DNA of 64,000 nt. It comes from Oikopleura dioica. Taxonomy: Eukaryota > Animalia > Chordata. The position numbers and the translations under genes were made by a program. The stretch is taken from positions 10,540,001-10,604,000 of the forward strand of contig OU015568.1 of NCBI GenBank assembly GCA_907165135.1, in the 5' to 3' direction. This document shows positions 10,905 to 22,100 of the stretch, in pieces; position 1 is the first letter of the stretch; each line of letters begins with the position of its first letter. The notes beneath the pieces are model-generated. The model was not told where the DNA came from, made no database searches, and saw nothing but the letters and a program-made list of their open reading frames with translations.

Positions 10905-12976
10905 TTATTTGATTTGAACATTCTGCAGACTTTGCGCTTTGATTGCTCCTTTTCCTTTCACTTCCCAAGTGACTCCCTAAACGCAAATAATCTAAGGCCG
11001 AAACATAAAGCTACTAAATGACCTTGTAAGTAGCTTCCAGAGCATCGTTTGTTTTCAGATCTGGAGCGACTTGTTCAAAAGCAGAAACTTGCTTCTTCGA
11101 AGATGGTTTGATGATAGCATCGGGTTCGCCTTCGAATCCAGCGACGGTGACGATATCGCCAGGGACGGCACCTTCTGGTGGACACAAAATTTCAACCTTA
11201 TAATTTTCACATCTTGGAGGCCTAGTTGATCTTACCTTATCAGGAGTAGACGCACACATGACCATAGCTTCCGAAAGAATGCCTCTCATTTTAGCGGGCT
11301 TCAAATTGCACAAAATAACAACCATTCGATCTTGCATCTCTTCCAGGGGAACGAATTTCACTAATCCAGAGATAACTTGTCTCGGTTTATCCTCGCCACA
11401 ATCGATTTCTTCCAGGTAAAGGGCATCTGCATCCGGGTGCTTTTCGCATTTTGTAATTTTTCCTACTTTCATTAGTAACCTAGAAGATCGAATGAAAAAG
11501 GAAGAACGTAAAACTTCAAACCTTGAGATATCAGCAGGCTTTTGAGGCTCAGCTTCCTTTGGCTGTTGCTTTTGCTTTGGTTTAGGCTCAACGCCTTCAG
11601 GTCTGATATTATGTTTCTTCTTTTCTTTCTTCACTTTTGTAACTTTTTCAACAGGATAGGCATTTGCAGCTAATGTTTTCATTTCTTCGGATTCGAATTT
11701 CTTGATGATAGGAGCAAGGAGACGATCGATAGCAGCTCCCACAGAGTTTTTCAGATCACCAGGATGGACATTTTTATTCTGAAAAGGTTGATCATGTGAT
11801 CTTTTCAAGTGAGTCTTACTTTGAAATCATCTTCGAGCTCTTGGAAATCCTTGTAAATTTTGTTGCCGCCCCATTCTTCTTTTCGCAAGACTTCGAACTG
11901 TCCGTGGCATCCGAAGAGCACGTGCTTAGTGAATGCGAGAGGGCCGTTATTTTCGATGTTTCCTTCCTCGCAGAAAGCCTTCTTCAGCTTCTTTTTAATT
12001 GCAGATGGAGGGTCGAGGAGATCGATCTTTGAATCTGCTTCGGACGAAGACATCTTAGTACCGGTGAGGCCAGGAACCATGGGGTTCATAAGATGCGATC
12101 GTTTCGCGTATCCGAGCTACGAAAATATTGAAAAATAGTGACTTGCAATGATTTCTACCTTGGGGAGATTTTCTCGGGCGTACATGAAGATTTTTCTTTG
12201 ATCAACACCACCAAATTGAACATCGACTTTTAGGTACTCCTCATCAAGCGCTTGGAGACCTGGGTAGATGAGTCCAGAAAGTGGAGCTGAATCGGATTGT
12301 TTGACGACTTCGGCTCCAGCCTTCTTGGCGTCTTTTTCCGTCACGATGGTTGATAGTTTATACGCATCCAAGGTGTATTCTTTGGAGAGTTGGTAATCCG
12401 TGCCCTTGACAAAGGAAAGCTTGTCCAGCGGTACGCCGATCGATTCAAGCATTCCGGTAATACACTTTTCAGCGATTCAAGATCACGTGCTACTATAAAT
12501 CCAAATAAAGCTTGAAATCGGACCCTTTCCTCTCGGTAGTACTCGACGCGGTAGTTGATCAGCTCCCATGGTGCTTTCATGTTATCTAAACGAAGCGTAA
12601 TTGGTTTAGAAAGGGATCAGACAAGGTTGGATTACCGAGACACGCGTGCAGATCAGCAAAGAGGATCTGCACTTCGCAGCCAGCGCGCAGAAAGTCGGCG
12701 ATTTTCGACATTGGCACAAAGTAGGCGATGTGAGGCTTTCCTTCACGGAGATATTTTGAGAATCATTATGAGGGGAATCTCAATTTTCATCGATAAATTA
12801 TTATGGCGACATCAATAAACATCCCTCCCTGTGGTAGCAGTACCCCAGTAGATCTTCACGCTTCTCTCAGCCAAAATAGCTTTGATCTCATTTTCGCCAA
12901 CAACTTCCTCCAAATTTCGGGTGATGAGATTATATTTTTCGTCGACCGAGAGCTCAATCGCTGCACCCTGTGCCAT
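10905..12976 (-). CDS. YARS1: Cytoplasmic tyrosyl-tRNA synthetase with C-terminal EMAP II-like tRNA-binding domain
   Basis: [15 protein letters not shown] (HIGH-type), [36 protein letters not shown], then in the same exon a Lys-rich linker into KHPDADALY...[10 protein letters not shown]. Nine exons; last exon [26 protein letters not shown] at 12976 preceded by tttag. Confidence 0.97.
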
Positions 12977-14059
12977 TCTAAAACGACCCATCAGATTTGC
13001 TTTCAAAAATATTTCCTGTTAGAGTACAAACTGGTAAGTTACGACACAAATTGTAACTGTACCTTGGATCAGTGGGCAAGTTGCTGCCGAATTTGGCGAA
13101 AATAGTTTTGTACCAACGCAAGAGGTTGGGAAAACCGGCGAAAGATACGTTTTTGCTACAGTAAATCGCCAAAAAGAGGCAGATATCTGCTGGGCCCGGT
13201 CGCTCGAGGACGAGATAAGTGCGTGTCGCGAGAGTTCTCTCCAAAGACAGCAAGTAAACTCTCAAATCGTCTAGCAGCTAAATTCTAGAGCTATGAAAGA
13301 CGAATCGGAGGGAAAACGACCTTTAGAGAAGATAATGGGATAATTTGTTGTTCTCCGATCGCGATAAGGTCGAGCGTTTTAGCCTAGAAGGAATGGGAAA
13401 GTTTGAAATCTTAAATAAGAATTGGACACCCTTAAATCAATTCATTCCCATTCCTGAGTCCCAACCGAGCTCGTGCGGTACTGAGACCAAATAAATTCCG
13501 AGCACTTTTCCGATTTGAGCGACAGGTATTCCATCTCACTCTAGGTACAGTCACCGCGTAAAAAAAAAGGAAACAGGGACAATCATAAATCATGATGAAG
13601 AGGGCTGTTTGTATTTTGGAGTATCACCGAAGACAGAGAGTGGAAATGTTCATCGAATTGTTTTTCAATAAAATTTAATTCTAGGAGAGTGCGTGCGAGT
13701 GACGGGGAAAAAAGGAGGTTGAAGCTGGAAGTTGGAGGAACTTACGGGATTCTGGACGCCGCTCGGCGAATTATTAAAATATTTTCTTTAGGAAGAAGGC
13801 GGCTACACGCTTTTAACATTCTAAACTCGATCAACTCAGATAGAAAAAATCGAAAAAATACATTTATGCCGTCCGTCGTCCAGAAAGTTTCGCCCCGTTT
13901 TTTTAAAGAAACATATCAGGAGTAGTATCAAAGAACAAGAATTGTGTTTTTAAAAACGCTCTAATAGTAATAATAATTAAAAAAATTTCAACAAGAAAAA
14001 GACGGAGAGTAAATGGCAGAGTAAAAGAAACGACCAATTGTTTAAAAAAAATATTGTAT

Positions 14060-14400
14060 CTAGGCTTCTTCGTCGAGGAAGGCGCGGAGTTTCAGAAGAA
14101 TTTCATTTTTGATCTCAGCTGGTACTTGGTCTCTTCCGATCGGCGTTACTTCGTTCACCAAATCGTCGATCGAGACGTTTTCAATACTCGACGCGCGCAC
14201 TTTTTCTAAATAAATCAGTTTACTTTTTCACAAATTTGTGTTGGCCAACCTTTGCAAATCTTGCGCATGGAATCGGTCCATCCGCATTCTTGGAGTCTGT
14301 CTCTCAGCGTCTGTTTGAGCTTCTCAAGCTCGCCCGAGTTTTGCAATTTTGCGTGGAGTCGATCTTTGAAATCAGCTTCGCTTTCACGAGAATCCGCCAT
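14060..14400 (-). CDS. ENY2: ENY2/Sus1 (SAGA DUB module and TREX-2 subunit)
   Basis: KLQNSGELEKLKQTLRDRLQECGW...VSIDDLVNEVTPIGRDQVPAEIKNEILLKLRAFL; one phase-1 GT-AG intron. Confidence 0.92.
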
Positions 14401-14450
14401 TTTTCTTAAAACCAGAGGCGTGATTAAAATTAATCAGAAGATCATTCTTC

Positions 14451-15713
14451 TTAATCTTGTGAGTAAGAAAATCTAAAGGAACTGTACTGGGAGTTTCCCA
14501 CTTTCGGATTTTCCGAATGATGGCAGTTGTAAGCTAGAGTGTCTGGGTCAGATAAATTAGGGTTCAAAAAGACGTAGCCTATCATAAAGTCGCTTGTAGT
14601 GTGCAAATACTGAAGTTCTATTCCGCCTCTTCCGTCATTCAGCAGCTTGAGGAATCCAAGCTCGATGCCGGTGTTCGAAGAACTTGGAAAATTTGAAGCG
14701 ATAGAGTGAGAGTCAAAAAGAAACTCCTCCGAACAAGCGAGTCTGGCAGTATTGTGGATGATCAACTCTTCGCCGCAGCCAGAACACGTGGTGCAAGAAT
14801 CTTCCTGCGACCAGAATCCAGCACCAAGATGAGCGGCTGATCCGACTCTTCCATTTCTTTTGACGACGAATCCACCAGAACTTGAAGCAGCGACGGAATC
14901 GGATGAATACTCTTCGTTGTTATCATTCTTCTCGATTTTCATCGCTACGGCTCCTACCGTGTCACATGACTTTTGAATCTTCTCAGGAGGCCCGTTTGTT
15001 TTCTCAGCTGCTCGTTTTAGGACTTTGGAGTACTTTTTGAAGACTTTGAGCGCTTTCTCAGCGATGGGCAGATCTTCGCGATAGCTGATGTTGTTGTTTT
15101 TGGCGAATTGCTCAGCACCAGGGCCGGAAATTAGAATAGGAGGGATGCGTCCTTGTTTGTCCTTGCCTCTGTCAGTCGGGGATGTATTAAACCTGCTCAG
15201 GTGTGGAAACGACAATAATAAACATCAACAAATTTCACACTTTTCAAACATGTAAATCTCCGTGCCTAGATTGGAGCTCTGCAATTTTCTTTGCCACTTG
15301 AATCGGATTGAGAACATTATTCAGGCCCGAAACGGCGCCGTGACCTCGCTCCTCGACCCCGCCGATTCTCTTCGTAAAACTCAGACCGGCTTCGTTTTCC
15401 CTCTTGCCAGTTTCGGTCAGATTTCCTCCATGGCCGGCATTTGTCACGGAATCGTTTTCAAGGACGGAGACAATTTGGGAAATCGCTTCCTGGAGACACC
15501 CATTTGCCAGGTATACACGCACGCCTGAATGTAAAATTTTATAATTACGCATGGGAACGCAGTTTTCATCAATACGGATTATTTTATCGTCTCTACAAGT
15601 TTAAAAATATAAAACTGACCCTCTTTCAAAGCTGTCTTCAACAATTTGACATGTCTGTCTCTGTTCCTCTGGGCAATAAATCCGGCGCCAGTATGCGCAG
15701 CAAGGACGATCAT
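14451..15713 (-). CDS. TASP1: Threonine aspartase 1 (taspase-1)
   Basis: AAHTGAG, LENDSVTNAGHGGNLTETGKRENEA, GRIPP, autocleavage site D/TVGAVA, SSGG...GRVGSAA, CSGCGEELI; three exons. Confidence 0.92.
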
Positions 15714-16810
15714 CCCTTTTCTTTGAAAACGAAATTATCGAGATCGGAATTTGCTTCCCGCGGCGGGGAGCGCTGGCCGAGAGCGGCCAATCGCATCGCA
15801 ACGCTCCAAAACACCAAAAATCGCCGCCAGTCCCAGCCACATTCCGTACAAACACCAAAATGAGCAAAATTCATAGCTTTTCTAGAGATTCGTGATAAGA
15901 AGAATAAATAAAGAGATTGGTCTTTTATCAAAAAAATGGTTTCGTATCCAAGGTTTTTCTAACGGTCAGTTAATAACTTCAAAAGTTAATATTAACATTA
16001 TTTAAATTTTATCACTATTATTAGGTTAATCGTTATCACGAATTATTATGTTATTTATCTCCCATGCTGATAGATATTCAAGAGTTAAATTAAATAAATT
16101 ATAATTTATAAAGGTTTCTTTCTGATAAACATGAAATAAAATCATTTTTCAGACATAAAATGTCCTCTCAATTAAACTACCGTTTTCAATTAGATATGCA
16201 CTTATTATTTTCGTGAAAACACCCGAAAACTGATAAAAAATACCACAGAGCTGAAATCTCGCCCTTTCAACGGAAATCTCATCTCTTCTTATCACCAAAA
16301 GCGGCCAAGTCTTATCTTCCCCCACAAATGCTCCCTCCCTGCATTTTCCTCCCATTTCTAAAAGCGGCCAATTTCGGATTCTATTCGATTTCGGACATCC
16401 GGGAATATTTCCCTACACACGGAAGAATCAAACCCGATTGAGTTCGTGTTTTTTGACCCCCGAACAATGCGCAAATATTTGATTGTACTTCGCTTTCTCA
16501 TTCTCATTCTTTTCCCGAGCTGGAAAAACGGGCTTTATGAGGTTCTTCCGGGCGATGATTAGGAGACGACCTTTTGATGAATAATCTTTAGCTATCCAAG
16601 AAACTTAGAGTATCATACAGAGTCTATCATCAAATTTACGACATAAATAAGTGTATTTTCCCTTATGATATGAAGCGGCTTCGTCAAGTCATCATCTGTT
16701 GAATGTCAATCTATTTTTATATTCTTACGAAGCGGTTTTTCTTAGAAGGTCTTTGAGTACCCTGACTCAGGTTTTCTACACATATTCCCGAACCCAAATA
16801 AGGCCCTAGG

Positions 16811-17505
16811 CAGGGTTTGAAAAGTCACAAATTTTGACTGAGCATGAGCAAGGCTGAGCACGGAGAGCTCAAATTTTGGCTGAGCCTGAGCACGATTGAG
16901 CATCCGCGTGCTCAAATTTGCTGAGCCTGAGCACGACTGAGCATTTGCGTGCTCAAATTTAGCTGAGCCTGAGCATGATTGAGCACCCGCCTGCTCAAAT
17001 TTCACTGAGCCTGAGCACGCTGAGCATGCTCAATGCTCATGCTCAGAGCATGCTCAAGCAATCATGCTTCATAAAAGAACACAAAAAATCAAATTTTCAA
17101 TGAGAACCATAAATATGCTTAAAACCAAGATAATTTCAATTTTCAAAACTATGGGTGTGGGTGGGGTTGGGGAGATAGATCAACTCAGTTTTCCAAGCCT
17201 TTGTCAAGCCCCTTAAATTCAAAAATCAAGGAACGGGGCTGAGACGGCCCGTAAGAAAGAAAAAAATTTGAAAATAAAGAAAAGAAGAAAATTTTTGCTC
17301 AAACGTGCTCAGAGCATTTGAGCACGCATTTCAGAGACTCGTGAGCATGAGCACGGCTGAGCACGCGAATGCTCAGATTTTATTGAGCTTGAGCACGGCT
17401 GAGCACGACACGCTGGAATTTCCATTGAGCTTGAGCACGCTGAGCATGCTCAGTGCTCATGCTCAGTGCTCTGAGCATGCTCATGCTCAGACTTTTCAAA
17501 CCCTG
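16811..17505. mobile_element. Non-autonomous hAT-type element (MITE), 695 bp
   Basis: Perfect 16-bp TIR CAGGGTTTGAAAAGTC (16811-16826 / 17490-17505); 8-bp TSD GCCCTAGG (16803-16810 / 17506-17513); both arms packed with TGAGCA/TGCTCA motifs. Confidence 0.92.
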
Positions 17506-18243
17506 GCCCTAGGCCGAGAAAATAGTCTTCTGCTCGGAAAGAGAGAGGGTGAGATCAAGTAGCTCCGCCTTCAACCGGAAATAATCCTTCCACTCGTTGC
17601 TCCAAGTACCGATACAAGTTTCGTGGCTCGATCGGCCACTGTTTTAGTATTCGTCATTTTTGAAAGAGATTTTATTGGGTTCAGTGGGCAGCGACGGCGC
17701 GCTTTTCCCCGGCACAGCCCCGAAAAAAGTACCAAAACAGATTCTCCATTTTGACGCTTTTTTTTTCAATAGAGAATAAAACTAATCTGAGGAGGCGAAA
17801 ACATCCTTGGAAAATTTTGGTTAGAATGCTTGAAGCTCTCGTAATGATTAGTTCCTTACTGAAAAATCCTTCCTTATCCAAATCCATCTTTTTTAAGAAA
17901 GGAAACGCACAATAGCCAGCTGTGACAAATTTTGGGGATAATTTATTGTAGGAGGATTTGGCTTGAATACAACAAGCAGAGCGAATAATCTATTTTCCTC
18001 GGCCGAGCTCGTAAAAAAGGAATCTTGAGTTGGTTTTTTTCTGAATTACATTCTGACAGTTGTAGCCTCTGCGGCTTTCTTTTTTTAGAGAAAATGTCTA
18101 TACGTCAGAGATAGGTAATAGGTGCCAATTGAAGAAATATTTTTAGTACTTTTTAATTCCACTTGATGAATTTAAAACAATTTCTAACAAAAGAGCCGTT
18201 TTTCTTCAAATTATTGTTTAGTCAGACGACGTCAGTATATTTG

Positions 18244-18693
18244 GGGCGCACTGGTTATGTCGCCGAATGTCGCCGAATGTCGCCGAATGTCGCTGAATGT
18301 CGCCGAATGTCGCCGAATGTCGCCGAATGTCGCCACTTATTTTCGAAAAAATAGGAATTATGAAAGAAAAATTGTTTTTTTGGCTCAAATATTCAAAACA
18401 AACTTGTTCTAGAACCGTAAAAGGCGGGAATAGTAGGAGGCGCGGCAATAGAAGTGTGTCCAGCCCGACCAGTGAGTTTCCTACCACAAATTGCGCGGAG
18501 CGCTTCCTTGCCTCGAAATTATGCTAAAACAGTTCTTGAACAAGTTTGTTTTGAAATTTCTTGGTTGAAAACTAGTTTTCTTTCCAAAAATCCTGGTTTT
18601 AAAAAATAGGTGGCGACATTCGGCGACATTCGGCGACATTCAGCGACATTCGGCGACATTCGGCGACATTCGGCGACATAACCAGTGTCGACC
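18244..18693. mobile_element. Foldback/MULE-like MITE with tandem-repeat TIRs, 450 bp
   Basis: Termini GGGCGCACTGG / CCAGTGTCGACC; inverted arrays of 10-bp ATGTCGCCGA; direct repeat GTATATTTG at 18235-18243 and 18694-18702 (TSD 8 or 9 bp). Confidence 0.88.
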
Positions 18694-19153
18694 GTATATT
18701 TGAGTTATTTTCTGATTCAACTTGATGAGTCCTTGAGGGCGAGGCTAAAGTTTAACTGATTAACGTTTTTAGCTATTCTTTCTTTTATCCAAAGAGATTT
18801 TTTCAAGAGCCTTCATTGTGAAGAAGATTAATATCCTCATTAATTATGAATAATTTTTTCTGATAAAAGGCGGTAAAATCTTATATTCTGCCAGAATTAA
18901 CGTTGATTGATCAATTCATCCTTTTTTTTTGGCAGAGGGGTGGGAGACCTCCCGCCGTGGCCCGCTTTCGGATCCAAATTGATTTTCAAAGATCAAATTT
19001 GTTCTCTTCAATCCCCTCTCTTGCCTTCTTCGTTGCGATTTTTCGTGTTTCATTGAAATCTCCAAGAGTCAATTTTTTATCGAAAATATGATTTGAAATC
19101 ACAGAGGAAATTATTTTCGTTTTTTATAGAATGAACTTGCGATGACATGAGAA

Positions 19154-22100
19154 ATGCGGAACCTGCTATTCTCCTTAACGCTTTTACTTTCATCTGCCGC
19201 TGAACGGTGCCCGGAGCAGCACTATGCTGTCACAGATGACGGGAGCACGCTGTTTTCTTCCTGTGGAAAGAACATTCTCCGATGGAATTTCGATGGAGAG
19301 CAAACAAAGCTGGAAGCGCAGCACCAAAGTATCTCGCCGAGTTGCTCTGGTGAGTCAATGGCTAGAAGCGTACTTAAAAATAAACACACAAAGAGGAGAT
19401 AACTAAATCCCACTTGAGCTCATTTAAGGGCTCCTCCTATAAGTCAATACATAAACAAACGCTACTTATCGCTTATATTTGCTCAAATCAACGAAAATAA
19501 TGGTTCGGTCCTTAATTAATTTAGCCCCGATTTGAATTTCCTGAATCGACTTTTATTGGGTTATCAAATTTGCTCGATTTAACGGCCCTCAAACTCTCAA
19601 ATCCACACAATCAGGTCAAGAAGTTGACAAATTCTTTTCAGACGAGTGGATAGCGAAAAGTACATGCCTTGACTCGGCTGACCCTCTCAGAAGTTTTTAC
19701 GACAACAACTGTCCCTCTTCGAGCATCGTCAAGTCGCTCCAAATCTACGACTATCCAAAGTCGTCATCGCTCATCGTTTGCGATGACTTTTTTGGCGGCA
19801 CCTTCCACATGTTCAAACTCAACAACTTTCCCGATCAGCGAGGGCGACCATGCAAAGACGGGGCGAGATCCTTTTTCCTTGCAAAAGATCAAAGGCTCAT
19901 GGAGCGCGAAGCTGATGATCCACTCGTTGAAATCGGCGAGGTATTCTCGAAAATTGTCTCCGACGACGACGGTCGAGCACTGCTGGTAGTTGCCTTCAAC
20001 GTAAAAGACGACATCAAGAGAAAATACGCGCCTCTGTCAATCAGACGGTTCAGCGAAGGAGACAACAAATTCCAAAGAGCAGATGAGATCTTTTCAAGTA
20101 CGGAAACAACCGCCTTCGCAACGATTGACAATAAGATCGACTTCAACATCGGCGTTGATTGGGACAAGCGACCGCAGTTTCATTCGATTATCCATTTCCC
20201 CAAACAGAAGAGAGTTATCGTCGGCTACAACACTTACGAATCCACTTCGAAAAGTCGATTTGCACACATTTGCCTCCTCGATGATGAAAATCGCAACCTA
20301 AACAAGAAGTTTCTCGAGTTCGCCGTCAACTGCGGGGGGAAAACAAAAGTAACTGATGTTCTCAGCTTTGAGTACTCTTGGGGAAATAATCGTCGATCGC
20401 CAGAGAAGTCGATTCTCTTCCGAATGTCTGACGGATCAATCTGTTTTCAAAAACAGTCCGTGCTCGAGAACCAAATTCAAAATCGCCTTCAAGACAGGTT
20501 TCAAAACTGCGACAAATCGCAATGGAGAAATGTCAAATACTCAGACTGGATCAAGAACAACCCAGAAGACTGCCATCCTCGTTTTAAGAACATCAAGCAG
20601 ATTTGCGATGACGATTTTAAATATACGCTGGAAAGCATGGGAATAACCGCAATTGACTCTATCTCCCTGGTTCCTGTCCAAAGCTATTCAAACGAAGGCA
20701 ACAATCACTTGAGAATTGAGAACTCATTTCAAAGCTGGAGCTTTTCTAGCGTCAAATCTAACGAGAAAGCTTACAACTTTATCGAAGTCATCGAAGGCGA
20801 AAATGTTCGACGATTTGTTGCCTCCCTCAGTCCCAGTAACTCGAACCTGTACCTCGCTGAAATCGATTCTTTTGCTGAGAAAACGATAAAGAACTCGATC
20901 ACAAAAAACGCTACTAAGTGGACATTTGACGGTGAAACTGTCCGAGCTGAGAAGGTCAACTCGTGTGATCGGTACTCATCATGTGAAAGCTGCCTCGCAG
21001 AAAAGTCAGATCCAACTTGTGGCTGGTGTATCACTACTGGAAAATGTTCAGACTTTTCAACGTGCGAACAAAACGATCCAGCTTATCAATCGTTTCCTCG
21101 GCGAGTTAAAGAACCGCGCTTTTTGTCGAAAGAAGCAGAAGATTATTTCAGGCAACCATGGTCACATAAATGTCCCTCTCTTTCTGTTAGAGAGGAAACA
21201 ATTAGTTACCAAAACTTGTGCGACAAAGGAAAATCGTGCAAGGGAAAGTCCTTCTCCTCAATTCATGCCACTGTTGATGGTCTTCCTGAACGAAGATCTC
21301 TTCTTATGAAAGAGCTTCAGTGTCGATTTACAAAGAGCAATAGTCCACCCGTGTCAGTTCCGCTAAAAAATGAGCCGATTGAGACTTACTCACAAGTCGG
21401 AGTTTACGAAGTTGACTGCGAGAAGCCGCCAAGTGATTTTATAGCTTCGATGGAAAATAGTCCCTCGAGCTCTGTAAAACTTTCGCTTGGATTTGCACCG
21501 GTTCAGGGGCGAGACTTTGTGAGCATCGCTACAGCAGACATTGAAGTATTCAATTGTAACAAACTCAAATCATGCAATACGTGCCTCAATCCCAAATACA
21601 ACGGTTTCTGTCTCTGGTGCTACACCGACAACCACTGCGCCAATACAAAAGAAGAATGCCCTCATATCAAGAATATCCTTAAATCGAAGTCGTCCTGCCC
21701 AAATGTTCAATTTCTCGACGAATATGTTTACAAACGACCTGGTATGCAAACAATTTCTTTGGCTGCATCAAACTTCCGAATAAATGACGACTTCGACCTC
21801 GCTGAAGCAGATGATATCCTTGTTGAACTAGAATATCTTGATGTAAACAAGAATGTCTCCGGCAAATACGCACACCCTGGCGAGCTCAGCTTTCAGAATC
21901 AGTTCGATGACATTCCCGCTTCCGCCGATTTGGAGTATCCCGTCAATATCACCATCAGGGTCAATATGAATGGGAACGAAGTGATTGTCGATAGATCCGC
22001 TGGAGACAACGTTCAAGTTCAATTTGACATGTTTGAATGTCCTCGTATTAAACACTCGTGCTTTGGATGTCTCAATGCTAAGCCAGAGTATGGCTGTGCA

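Noticed and set aside
11014-11808. ORF as a separate AIMP1 gene
   Set aside because: It begins with the TyrRS anticodon-domain end (HPGDLKNSV) in the same exon and splices in frame to the upstream YARS exon.
13000-14040. Additional gene between ENY2 and YARS
   Set aside because: No convincing frame on either strand; treated as UTR/promoter.
16742-18527. ORFs with repetitive peptides (AQSCSGSA, MSPNVAECRR)
   Set aside because: Translations of MITE tandem repeats.
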